Shown: piece by piece, positions 49,609 through 58,509 of the stretch
How the letters are laid out: the number at the start of each line of letters is the position of its first letter
Position numbering within the stretch: position 1 is the first letter of the stretch
IMG/VR virus record: IMGVR_UViG_3300021430_000864
Location: 1-64,000 of that record
Strand: one strand, 5' to 3'
Source of the DNA: a virus
Taxonomy: Duplodnaviria > Caudoviricetes
DNA length: 64,000 nucleotides
The notes under the pieces: model-generated
Told to the model about the DNA's origin: nothing
Databases searched by the model: none
What the model saw: only the letters and a program-made list of their open reading frames with translations
Program-made: the position numbers and the translations under genes

Positions 49609-49956
49609 ATGGCACATATTTTTATTTGGATGATTGCTGCTTATGGTATGAGTACCATATTAGTTTACGGTTCAATATTCGAATCGGTAAGAAATTTTAT
49701 CCATGATTGGGGGAATAACCAACACACACCATTTCAAGGAATCGGTAAGTTTATTTCAGGATTAATAAGTTGCATGTTGTGTACATCAACGTGGGTTGGA
49801 TTCTTTTTTTCACTTACAATTGGTGGTTTATCATCAACACACTTTGATATGCATTGGTTACCATCAATATTTTTCGATGGTATGTTTACAGCTGGCTCGG
49901 TATGGGCAATTAACGCGATAGTTGAATTTTTTGAAGAGAATAGATTCACAAAATAA
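49609..49956 (+). CDS. Small membrane protein, DUF1360-like
   Basis: Three hydrophobic segments and CMLCTSTWVG (C..C.S.W) motif. Confidence 0.6.
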   Translation: MAHIFIWMIAAYGMSTILVYGSIFESVRNFIHDWGNNQHTPFQGIGKFISGLISCMLCTSTWVGFFFSLTIGGLSSTHFDMHWLPSIFFDGMFTAGSVWAINAIVEFFEENRFTK

Positions 49957-49983
49957 TCGCATGAATAACACACAATTTTTTGA

Positions 49984-50490
49984 ATGGGCTATATTAAAAG
50001 ATTCTATGATGACACTGAAGTTAGAGAATTTGCAAAAAAATTTTTAAAAGACGTTTTTAATCTTAACTTTGAATCTCACAAAAATCTCAGAGGGATAGAT
50101 TTAATAAATGTTGAAGATAATACCTTTGGGGTTGAACTTGAGAGGGGTGGTTGGATTGGAGACTTTTGGGGGAATGAATATTCACTCATTAGTGGTTTGG
50201 GGTACAGAACCGTAAACATACCGATAAGGAAAACAAAATATTGGTATGATAAAAAAGAAGGTTCGTTATCACCAAATAAGAACAAACATTGGTTTGTTCG
50301 AACTAACAAGACATTCACTCAGGTAATTGTGATAAAACCGGCAACCATTAAACACAAGGACAAAATATTGTTTACGGAATTTAAACCGAACAATAGTGAT
50401 GAAGTTGAAAAATGGATGTCATTTAGAAAAGAACACGTAAAAACATACAACCTCAAAAAAGAAAAATGGAGACTACAAACAATAAAATGA
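49984..50490 (+). CDS. Hypothetical protein, possible PD-(D/E)XK-type nuclease
   Basis: 168-aa ORF; GIDLI...GVELE spacing weakly nuclease-like. Confidence 0.5.
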   Translation: MGYIKRFYDDTEVREFAKKFLKDVFNLNFESHKNLRGIDLINVEDNTFGVELERGGWIGDFWGNEYSLISGLGYRTVNIPIRKTKYWYDKKEGSLSPNKNKHWFVRTNKTFTQVIVIKPATIKHKDKILFTEFKPNNSDEVEKWMSFRKEHVKTYNLKKEKWRLQTIK

Positions 50491-52832
50491 GTACGTATAA
50501 AAATCCTTACATTAAAGTAACGTGGCAAGATACACACGAAAACTTCACATCAGAGAAGATTAGTCGTGTTAAGTCATATTTCCAAAAGAAGTACAACACG
50601 AAGTATGTTCAAATCGTCACCAAAGTAATCTCTAACGAGGACAACACTAAACTAGCATCATTAGATATTTCGGAAAATATCTCCGACTTTCAATACCAAA
50701 AAATCTTAATGAAAGACTTTGTTGAAGAGAACAAAATAGATGTCTCTCTTGACAGGTTGAATAATTTGGATAATAAGGTAAACGAGGAGTTCCTTAAAAA
50801 CAATGGTGATAAAATAAAATACAGTAAGTGGTTTGTTAAAAAAGTTGAGTTCTCAAACTTCTTATCTTATGGTAGGAACAATGAGATTGATTTTACTGAA
50901 TTACCGGGTATTACTGTTGTTGAATCAACACCGAAAAACTTTGGTGGTAAATCAACTGCAACAGTTGACCTATTGTTATTCCTATTTTTTAACAAAACAA
51001 CTAAAACTAAAACAAACTCTGAAATCTTCAACAGATTCAGTAGTGATGATGAGGTTAGGGTTAAAGGTTACATAACCATCGATAATGAAGATTACATTAT
51101 CGAAAGGGTTAGTAATAGAAAAAAAAGTAAGAGTGGTGATTACACAGTAACCAATAAACTTGAATTTTATAAAATCAATCCTGACGGTACAACCGAAAAT
51201 CTAACCGGAGAACAACGTAGAGAAACCGAGGAGTTTATCACACGAGCAATCGGTACGGAAGAGGATTTCTTATCTACCATCCTAACTACGGGTTATAATT
51301 TAGAGGAGATGATTGAATCTAAACCAACCGCTAGAGGTCTTATCTTGACCAAATTTTTAGGTTTGGAAATCCTAAAAGAAAAAGAGGAAATTTGTAAAGG
51401 AATCCAAAGTGAATGGAGTAAAAAACTTATCTCCAATAATCATAATATTAACGATTTAGAAACTGAAATCGAATCGTTCAAAGATGCTATTAAAACCAAT
51501 CAAGAAGAAATTTTAAGATTGGAAAATGAATCACTCAAACAACAAAATTCCTTAGAGAATAACGAGTCTAAGCGTGATAATCTTCTTTCTAGAAGAAACA
51601 ATGACATCGACCAAGAATTAATTAGAACAAATGTTGACCAAATCAAAATGGATATCAATGTTCTAAAAAAACAAAAAGAGTCCGCATCAACTAATGCTAA
51701 GTTGGTTGATGTGAAAGAACCTTCACAATATTATTTGGAAGATGAACACCAAGTAATCAAAGATGAAATTAACGGATTAATTGTTGAGGGTCGAGTTAAT
51801 GCGGATACCATAACAAGAAACGAAACGTTAATTAAACAACTTGAAGATGGTCAGATATGTCCAACTTGTAATAGAGCTTTGGATACTGTTGACCATAGTG
51901 GTGAAATAAATAAGTTAAAAGAACTTGTTGAATCAACCAAAAAGATACAGGTTGAAAACCGAAAAAAATACGATGAACTTAGTGAGAAAGAAAAGACCTA
52001 TTCTAATCTGAAAAAAGAATTCGATGAGTATGAGAAGAATAAGTTAAGAAAAACTAAGTATGAATTGGAATCCGACCAAAAACAAATGGAGATTGATAAG
52101 TTACAGATTAAACTTGATAACTACGACCGTAACAAACAAAAATTAGAAGAGAACCAAAAGATTGACGCTGAACTTATCGGATTGAAGACACAAATTGAAT
52201 CTGCAAATTCATACATCAGACAGTGCACCACCAATATTGAGAAATTAAAATCTCAGAACGGTACATTAAATGAAAAGATTGAAACCAATAAAGAGTTGGT
52301 TCGGAAGATTAAAGTTGAGAACGAAACCCAATCAATTTTTAAAGTTTACTTAACCGTGTTTGGTAAAAATGGTATTTCTAAAGTAATTTTGAAAAATATG
52401 GTACCGTTGATTAACCAAGAACTTTATCGTCTATTGGTGGACAGTTGTCACTTTATCCTTGAGTTGAACATAAACGACAAAAATGAGGTAGAATTTATTA
52501 TGATTGATACTGAGACAAGAATTGTTAAACCTCTAAGTTCTGGCTCGGGTTATGAAAGAACAATATCATCATTAGCGTTGAGAAGTGTTTTAACAAAAAT
52601 CTCATCTTTACCTAAACCAAACATTGTGGTTATGGATGAGGTCTTCGGTAAAATTGCGGACGAGAACTTGGAAATGGTGGGAGAGTTCTTCAAAAAGATT
52701 AAAGATTACTTTGAACATATATTTGTAATTTCACATAACCCATTGATTAGAAATTGGTCAGACAATTTAGTAATGGTTAAAAAGGAAGATAACATAAGTT
52801 CAATTGATTTTATTACACCAAAAATTTCGTAA
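50466..52832 (+). CDS. sbcC: SbcC/Rad50/gp46-like ATPase with 120-aa N-terminal extension (start may be 50487)
   Basis: KVEFSNFLSYG, NFGGKST Walker A, CPTC zinc hook, LSSGSGYE signature, VVMDEVFG Walker B, VISH. Confidence 0.9.
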   Translation: METTNNKMSTYKNPYIKVTWQDTHENFTSEKISRVKSYFQKKYNTKYVQIVTKVISNEDNTKLASLDISENISDFQYQKILMKDFVEENKIDVSLDRLNNLDNKVNEEFLKNNGDKIKYSKWFVKKVEFSNFLSYGRNNEIDFTELPGITVVESTPKNFGGKSTATVDLLLFLFFNKTTKTKTNSEIFNRFSSDDEVRVKGYITIDNEDYIIERVSNRKKSKSGDYTVTNKLEFYKINPDGTTENLTGEQRRETEEFITRAIGTEEDFLSTILTTGYNLEEMIESKPTARGLILTKFLGLEILKEKEEICKGIQSEWSKKLISNNHNINDLETEIESFKDAIKTNQEEILRLENESLKQQNSLENNESKRDNLLSRRNNDIDQELIRTNVDQIKMDINVLKKQKESASTNAKLVDVKEPSQYYLEDEHQVIKDEINGLIVEGRVNADTITRNETLIKQLEDGQICPTCNRALDTVDHSGEINKLKELVESTKKIQVENRKKYDELSEKEKTYSNLKKEFDEYEKNKLRKTKYELESDQKQMEIDKLQIKLDNYDRNKQKLEENQKIDAELIGLKTQIESANSYIRQCTTNIEKLKSQNGTLNEKIETNKELVRKIKVENETQSIFKVYLTVFGKNGISKVILKNMVPLINQELYRLLVDSCHFILELNINDKNEVEFIMIDTETRIVKPLSSGSGYERTISSLALRSVLTKISSLPKPNIVVMDEVFGKIADENLEMVGEFFKKIKDYFEHIFVISHNPLIRNWSDNLVMVKKEDNISSIDFITPKIS

Positions 52833-52868
52833 ATTCACTTTTTTTTCTTACATTATATAAAAATTATC

Positions 52869-53540
52869 ATGAATCCAAAGGACTACAAAGATTTCGGACT
52901 ATTCGCTAAAGACAAAGGTGTTAGCGGATTAAACTTACACTATTACAACAAACAGGTTGAGGATAGTTTAACCCCGTACATTCTCGAAGAGAGACAGATG
53001 AATGTTACGGTAATGGATGTTTTCTCCCGACTTATGATGGAGAGAATTATATGGGTGGCAGGTGTTGTTAATGACAACATGTCCACAATTGTACAAGCAC
53101 AGTTAATGTTCTTGGATAGTTTGGATAGTACTGATATTACCATGCACATTGACAGTCCGGGTGGTTCTGTTAAATCAGGTTTATCCATGGTTGATGTTAT
53201 GGAATATATCAAATCTGATATTAGGACCGTAAACACGGGTATGGCAGCATCAATGGGTTCAATATTACTCGGTGCTGGTACTAAGGGTAAAAGATGTTCA
53301 TTGAGATTCTCAAGAACAATGTTACACCAATCATCAGGTGGGTTTCATGGAAATATCCAAGATGCAAGAATCAACATGGAAGAATGGGATAAATTGAATA
53401 AAACATTATTCCAATTATTAGGTGAGTACTGTAACAAACCAGCCGAACAAGTTATGACAGACGCTACGAGAGATTTGTGGTTGTCATCTGAAGAGGCGTT
53501 AGAGTATGGTATCATCGATGAAATTATCAGAAAAAAATAA
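52869..53540 (+). CDS. clpP: ATP-dependent Clp protease proteolytic subunit
   Basis: DSPGGSV, GMAASMG (Ser), MLHQ (His), RDLWL (Asp); LTPYILEERQMNV..MDVFSRLMM N-region is Bacteroidota-like. Confidence 0.95.
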   Translation: MNPKDYKDFGLFAKDKGVSGLNLHYYNKQVEDSLTPYILEERQMNVTVMDVFSRLMMERIIWVAGVVNDNMSTIVQAQLMFLDSLDSTDITMHIDSPGGSVKSGLSMVDVMEYIKSDIRTVNTGMAASMGSILLGAGTKGKRCSLRFSRTMLHQSSGGFHGNIQDARINMEEWDKLNKTLFQLLGEYCNKPAEQVMTDATRDLWLSSEEALEYGIIDEIIRKK

Positions 53541-53551
53541 AATTCTGTTAA

Positions 53552-53559
53552 TATTTATT
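53552..53559 (+). promoter_or_regulatory. Putative late promoter motif TATTTATT
   Basis: 29 nt before ATG 53589. Confidence 0.45.
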
Positions 53560-53588
53560 GGAAATCATAAACAATATAGATAAATCAA

Positions 53589-53930
53589 ATGACTAAAAAT
53601 CAAATATCTTATTTACTGAACATTGTTTTAATCGGTGTTATTTTGTATCTGTTATTCTTCAATAATTCGGGGGAAAATAGTAACATTAAAATGTACAATC
53701 AAAAGATTGATTCATTGAATAGTATCATTATTTCAAATAATAAAAAACTTGACTCATTATCCATTGTTGAAGGTAAACAAATGGAAAACGTTCAGAAATT
53801 AAAAGATGAGTTATCACAAGTTTCCAATAAAAATAAAGAATTAAAAAGAAAGTATGAAAAAGAATCTGCTCGTTACAATAGTATGTCTAATGATGACATT
53901 ACCGACCTTTTCTCAGAGTCGTTCAAATGA
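53589..53930 (+). CDS. N-terminally anchored coiled-coil envelope protein (i-spanin-like)
   Basis: Single N-terminal TM then coiled coil; overlaps the next ORF by 77 nt. Confidence 0.55.
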   Translation: MTKNQISYLLNIVLIGVILYLLFFNNSGENSNIKMYNQKIDSLNSIIISNNKKLDSLSIVEGKQMENVQKLKDELSQVSNKNKELKRKYEKESARYNSMSNDDITDLFSESFK

Positions 53931-54255
53931 TTCAATTAGATGTGTTCCTGTGTCACAACTAAGGAATGCATTGAAGATGAAAAACGACTTTGAATTATGT
54001 AAAATTGCATTAAGTGAATCGAGAGACTCGGTTAACACTTTAACCAAAATTGTCACCACACAAGATAGTGTGATTGTAACAAAGACGGAGACCAATAAGA
54101 TACTATCTGAAAACAACAATAATCTCAATCAAACCCTTATCTTAAAAGACAAAATTCTCGGAGAGAAAGATAAGGAGATTAAAAAAGCAAAGTCTACAAG
54201 TAAAAAAATTGCGGGTGGTGGAATCCTCCTAGTTTTGTTAGCGTTATTGATATAA
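53854..54255 (+). CDS. Signal-peptide, coiled-coil, C-terminal TM envelope protein (spanin-like partner)
   Basis: Signal peptide ending TFS-Q, coiled coil, C-terminal GGGILLVLLALLI. Confidence 0.55.
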   Translation: MKKNLLVTIVCLMMTLPTFSQSRSNDSIRCVPVSQLRNALKMKNDFELCKIALSESRDSVNTLTKIVTTQDSVIVTKTETNKILSENNNNLNQTLILKDKILGEKDKEIKKAKSTSKKIAGGGILLVLLALLI

Positions 54256-54264
54256 TAGTATAAT

Positions 54265-54726
54265 ATGAAAACATACTTATTGTTTTTATTTTCAGATTTC
54301 CAAGACCATGAAGATGTTGAATTCTTCTGTTTAGATATATTGGGTGCAAGTCCGGTAGTATCTAAGGTTAGATTTGTAATTGAGGATACGTCTAAAAGTA
54401 TCATTGTGATATTTGAATCCGAATCATCAAGAAAAGAACTATCAGAAGAATTACATAACATTATATCCATGGAAGACGTAAAGTTCTATTTCCTTTTTGA
54501 AAGGGAAAGTATCTACAGTGCCAATTTACCTGTACAGATGAAAGATTTTATGTTCAAACCTTCGGAGGAACACACCTCTCTTAGATTGGATTACAATAAG
54601 AACAAAAAGACAGAAGAATCTGATGTACCAATGGATTTAGATATTATACTAGACAAAATCGAACAACACGGAATTGAGAGCTTAACACCTGATGAAAAAA
54701 AATTTTTGGACGACTTTAAAAATTGA
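54265..54726 (+). CDS. Hypothetical protein with C-terminal DUF6576-like motif
   Basis: LDIILDKIEQHGIESLTPDEKKFL matches the LD.ILDKI...G..SLT.EEK.FL motif known from Bacteroidota rhomboid C-termini. Confidence 0.6.
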   Translation: MKTYLLFLFSDFQDHEDVEFFCLDILGASPVVSKVRFVIEDTSKSIIVIFESESSRKELSEELHNIISMEDVKFYFLFERESIYSANLPVQMKDFMFKPSEEHTSLRLDYNKNKKTEESDVPMDLDIILDKIEQHGIESLTPDEKKFLDDFKN

Positions 54727-54771
54727 GAAATTTCATTTATTTTTACAAACGAACCACAAATCAATTTTTTC

Positions 54772-55584
54772 ATGAGTAAAACCATATTAATTAACACCGA
54801 AGAGATTCAGAATTACATTAAAGACATCCGTAAAATCAAGGTAATCACACATGACCGACAGGATGTAATCTTTGAAAAACTCAAAGACCCAACATTACCA
54901 AAATCCGAAAGACAAGAATATTTGAATGAACTCGTACTCGGTAATCTTCGTTTCGTAATCACAGTTGCAAAATCTTATCAAAACAATGGAATGGATTTAA
55001 TTGACTTAATATCCGAAGGGAATATTGGGTTAATTCGTGCAGCTGAAAGATTCGACCCGAATAGTGGTAACAAATTCATATCGTATGCAGTTTGGTGGGT
55101 TAAACAATCGATTATGGCATCGTTAAATGATAATGCCAGAACAATCAGACTTCCCTCAAACATCATTCAGGAAAATCAAAAGAAGAAAAAGAACGAAAAC
55201 TTAAATATTGACGACCAACACTACTTTAAAAGTGAAGATACCGATGTTGATGTTACGTTACCACATTGTGTAAATTTATTCGATGAAATAAATGAAGATG
55301 GTGACCAATTATTCGACACAATTATCAATGTCGATGCTGACAACCCTGAAGATATTCTAAACACAAAAGATGAAATTAAAAGGAGAGTATCGGCGATGTT
55401 ATCAATTTTAGATGACAGGGAAAAGGTAATCATTGAGAAATCATACGGATTAAATGGTGTTGAAATGAATTTAGAGGACTTAGGTGAAGAATTCGGATGT
55501 ACCAAGGAAAGAATAAGACAGCTAAGAGATAAAGCATTAAAGAAACTCCGTAACGATAGTTATGGTTTATTAAACTATTTATAA
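54772..55584 (+). CDS. rpoD: RpoD-like sigma-70 factor
   Basis: NLRFVITVAKSY, DLISEGNIGLIRAAERFD, KFISYAVWW, RTIRLP (region 2-3) and LEDLGEEFGCTKERIRQL (region 4 HTH). Confidence 0.92.
   Translation: MSKTILINTEEIQNYIKDIRKIKVITHDRQDVIFEKLKDPTLPKSERQEYLNELVLGNLRFVITVAKSYQNNGMDLIDLISEGNIGLIRAAERFDPNSGNKFISYAVWWVKQSIMASLNDNARTIRLPSNIIQENQKKKKNENLNIDDQHYFKSEDTDVDVTLPHCVNLFDEINEDGDQLFDTIINVDADNPEDILNTKDEIKRRVSAMLSILDDREKVIIEKSYGLNGVEMNLEDLGEEFGCTKERIRQLRDKALKKLRNDSYGLLNYL
55576..55583 (+). promoter_or_regulatory. Putative late promoter motif TATTTATA (within palindrome TATTTATAAATA)
   Basis: 11 nt before ATG 55595; overlaps the sigma stop codon. Confidence 0.6.
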
Positions 55585-55594
55585 ATAAAAAATT

Positions 55595-55882
55595 ATGAAA
55601 AATTTCATTCAAAAAAATTTCACAATCATTGTTTTGGTAATCGCAATTTTGGGGTTATTTAAAAGTTGTGGTGATGGTAGGGAACTATCTAAAATGAGAA
55701 AAGAAATCGAATCAATTAAAGATTCAACCTACACTAAATCTGAACTTGACGTAAGATTAAAAATTGAAGGTTTGAGGTCAGAAAAAAGAATGATTCAGGC
55801 AACTGATAGAAAAATTTTAGATGTTAACCGTCAAACACAAATTGATGAAGAAATAAATAAATTAGAAAATAGTATTAAATGA
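55595..55882 (+). CDS. Membrane-anchored/lipoprotein-like coiled-coil protein
   Basis: N-terminal hydrophobic segment ending LFKSCG, then coiled coil; ATGA overlap with next gene. Confidence 0.6.
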   Translation: MKNFIQKNFTIIVLVIAILGLFKSCGDGRELSKMRKEIESIKDSTYTKSELDVRLKIEGLRSEKRMIQATDRKILDVNRQTQIDEEINKLENSIK

Positions 55883-57018
55883 AAAATTGGTTCAACAGGA
55901 ATTATAAGACAGTAATAATTTTATCGTTTTTAATCCCAATCATTACTGTTGCATTAGTATCAATTTCTCACGTAACAAAATGGTATGGGATATCGAATCC
56001 ATTAACTTGGGCAATATATCTCTCAATTGGTATTGAAATTGCTGCGTTATCTGCGTTAGCTGCAATATCTGCGGACATGGGAAAAAAAGTTTACTTCCCA
56101 TTTGGTATTGTTACCTTGATTCAATTCATTGGTAACATTTATTTCGCATATTCATATATTGACATAAACAGTCAATCATTTATATCTTGGGTTGAATTGG
56201 TTGCACCTTTATTGGAATTTATGGGTGTTGACCCAACAGACTATGTTGGACATAAACGATTCTTAGCATTCTTTGCTGGGGGTATGTTACCAATCATCTC
56301 ACTTTCCTTCCTACATATGTTGGTGAAATTTACACAAGATAATAAGTCACAAACAAAAGAAGAAACAAGTGTAGAGAAAGAGACACCGGTTGTTGAAGCG
56401 AAAGACATTGTTGGTGAAGTTTCAAGAGTTAGATTGAATGATGAACAATTAGTTGCGTTAGAAAAAATATTAACTAAAAAAACATCCGAAGAACCGATAA
56501 TTGAGGAAAAAAAAACCTTAATTAAACCCGAACCTGAGACTCAACCACAGATTGTTGAAGAAACTCCAACCAATGACGAGGAAATGGTTAACAAGTGGGA
56601 GAATAACGAGTCTCTTGAAGGTCTTACACCAATGAATGAAGAGTCTCCTGTTATTGATTTAATACAACCAAACGAAATCCAAATAATTGAAGAACCAACA
56701 CCTATTGTTGAGCCCGTTGTGGAAGAACCTGAACCTGTTGTTGAAGATATGGTATCGGTACAACCTGAACCTACTATTGTTGAACCAATAGTACCATATG
56801 AAGAACCTACACAAGAAATTCAAGAAACTATTATTGAAGAGTCTCCACAAACGGATATTATAGAAGAACCAACATCTATTATTGAGCCCGTTGCGGAAGA
56901 ACCAATTCAAGAGGTAGAAGAAACCCAACCAATGGTTGAAGAACAACCCACCCCACAAGTAGAAGAAACCCCAATAGTTGAACTTCCCACAGTTAGTGAG
57001 GAAGAAAAAAAAAATTAG
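55879..57018 (+). CDS. Four-TM membrane protein with long acidic Glu/Pro-rich tail (379 aa; 433 aa if -1 frameshifted)
   Basis: Four hydrophobic segments in the first 150 aa; EEP/VEE-rich C-terminal region; ends at A10-TTAG. Confidence 0.75.
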   Translation: MKNWFNRNYKTVIILSFLIPIITVALVSISHVTKWYGISNPLTWAIYLSIGIEIAALSALAAISADMGKKVYFPFGIVTLIQFIGNIYFAYSYIDINSQSFISWVELVAPLLEFMGVDPTDYVGHKRFLAFFAGGMLPIISLSFLHMLVKFTQDNKSQTKEETSVEKETPVVEAKDIVGEVSRVRLNDEQLVALEKILTKKTSEEPIIEEKKTLIKPEPETQPQIVEETPTNDEEMVNKWENNESLEGLTPMNEESPVIDLIQPNEIQIIEEPTPIVEPVVEEPEPVVEDMVSVQPEPTIVEPIVPYEEPTQEIQETIIEESPQTDIIEEPTSIIEPVAEEPIQEVEETQPMVEEQPTPQVEETPIVELPTVSEEEKKN

Positions 57019-57179
57019 AAGAGGTAGAGTCCCCGGAGGAGCAGGAATCGTCGGAAAACTTTGGTTTGGAGATTGGGGAAGACACAGATAATACCACAGA
57101 AGATAGTAGCATTTCTTCTGTTATACGTAAAAAATTAACAAGGAATGTTGGAAATACACAACGTAGAAGGTTTAGATAA
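57005..57179 (+). other. Putative -1 ribosomal frameshift site (A10) and 54-codon extension
   Basis: A run 57005-57014 directly before TAG; -1 frame open to TAA 57177-57179 encoding LEEVESPEEQESSE...RRRFR. Confidence 0.6.
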
Positions 57180-57765
57180 TAAAACCCTTAACATTGTTCG
57201 AAGAAAGACAAAAAAACATCAAATCTTATTGTATGATACGGGTAGAAGAACTGACGATTTTATCAATAAATTAAAATACAGAAAGTGTGGTAAATATGAT
57301 GAAATACCACACTTTGTTGTTACTAAATTAGGGACAATTTATCAGTTATATAGTACTGACTATTACTCAAATACATTTGATGAACCTCTAATTGATAAAC
57401 AATTTATAAAGATTGCAATTGAGAACCTCGGGTGGTTAAATAAAAATACCATTACGGGGTTTTTAAATAATTGGATTGGTGACCCTTATAGGTCAGAACC
57501 ATTCGTTAGAAATTGGAGAAACTACTACTTTTGGGATAGATATAATGATGAACAAATACAGTCAGTTGTAAACTTATGTTACTCTTTGTGTGAAAAACAC
57601 GACATACCCCCAAAAATCGTACCGTCACAAGGTTATTTAGAAAAAGTAATCAACTTCAAGGGAATTACGTGTAAATCCAATTTTTCAAATATTTATACAG
57701 ATATAAACCCATCATTTAATTTTAGATTATTTTTCAAAAATGAAGAACAAGGTAACAGAATATGA
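57145..57765 (+). CDS. N-acetylmuramoyl-L-alanine amidase (Amidase_2/PGRP) fold protein, Zn-ligand His residues apparently lost
   Basis: PHFVVTKLGTIYQL, IAIENLG, YNDEQIQSV..L, DINP motifs; LLYDT and GITCKSN replace the usual HHT and GH. Confidence 0.7.
   Translation: MLEIHNVEGLDNKTLNIVRRKTKKHQILLYDTGRRTDDFINKLKYRKCGKYDEIPHFVVTKLGTIYQLYSTDYYSNTFDEPLIDKQFIKIAIENLGWLNKNTITGFLNNWIGDPYRSEPFVRNWRNYYFWDRYNDEQIQSVVNLCYSLCEKHDIPPKIVPSQGYLEKVINFKGITCKSNFSNIYTDINPSFNFRLFFKNEEQGNRI
57690..57697 (+). promoter_or_regulatory. Putative late promoter motif TATTTATA (inside the amidase gene)
   Basis: About 43 nt before ATG 57740. Confidence 0.45.
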
Positions 57766-58270
57766 CCAAATCAAAGGTATGTTGAACAAAATGAGAAATC
57801 TCAATGAAAGTAAACATATCAATAAAATGCAGATTAACGAGAACGAAGAAATTGAGAAGACTCAACCATCATCGTCCGACTTCGATAAGGAACAATATGA
57901 CAATGTTGAAGTAATCAACGATGTTGAAGTAAAACTATTATCAACAGATAAAGAAGATATTTCACTTAAACCTGATGAAAAAGAATCTATCACACAACTA
58001 ATCGATTCATTCAGACAACAAGTTTCTCAAATTGCGGAATTAGACCCGGGTTTTACCATTTCTGAAAGACAAATAAGACTTGATGGTACAATAACTGATT
58101 TGGAGATAAACTTTGTTCTAATTGCGGGTGAAGATGCTGGTTTATATATCAATAGTGACATGTTGTCTATTGAAAACGAAACAATTCAAATGTTAGAGAA
58201 AATTTCTAAGTTTTACCCAACATTTGTTACGGCTATGGAGCCATTAATTAGAGATAGAATGAGTTCATAA
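57740..58270 (+). CDS. Hypothetical late/head-associated protein
   Basis: 176 aa; LNES and INENEE candidate prohead-protease sites. Confidence 0.7.
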   Translation: MKNKVTEYDQIKGMLNKMRNLNESKHINKMQINENEEIEKTQPSSSDFDKEQYDNVEVINDVEVKLLSTDKEDISLKPDEKESITQLIDSFRQQVSQIAELDPGFTISERQIRLDGTITDLEINFVLIAGEDAGLYINSDMLSIENETIQMLEKISKFYPTFVTAMEPLIRDRMSS

Positions 58271-58509
58271 TGGCACTTACAAATTCGGACATTAAAGAGA
58301 TTGAGAAAATTGCAAGAAAAGAAATGAAAGATTTCTTAGAGACGACTCAAGCTCATAATATAGTAATGAAAATAATTCAAAAAGAGATTGGTGCGAGGTC
58401 TGTGGATGAAAGAATAGTTGATTTATCATCTAAGGTAGTCGTTGAACTATTCAAAACCCTTTGGCAACGCAAATCTTTTTGGGAAACATCCTTAAAGAGT
58501 GTTAGGTAA
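58270..58509 (+). CDS. Hypothetical protein, 79 aa
   Basis: TAATG coupling on both sides. Confidence 0.7.
   Translation: MALTNSDIKEIEKIARKEMKDFLETTQAHNIVMKIIQKEIGARSVDERIVDLSSKVVVELFKTLWQRKSFWETSLKSVR

Noticed and set aside
57016-57141. In-frame readthrough of the TAG instead of a -1 shift
   Set aside because: Needs two TAGs suppressed and gives a sequence unlike the protein; the -1 frame is stop-free and compositionally continuous.
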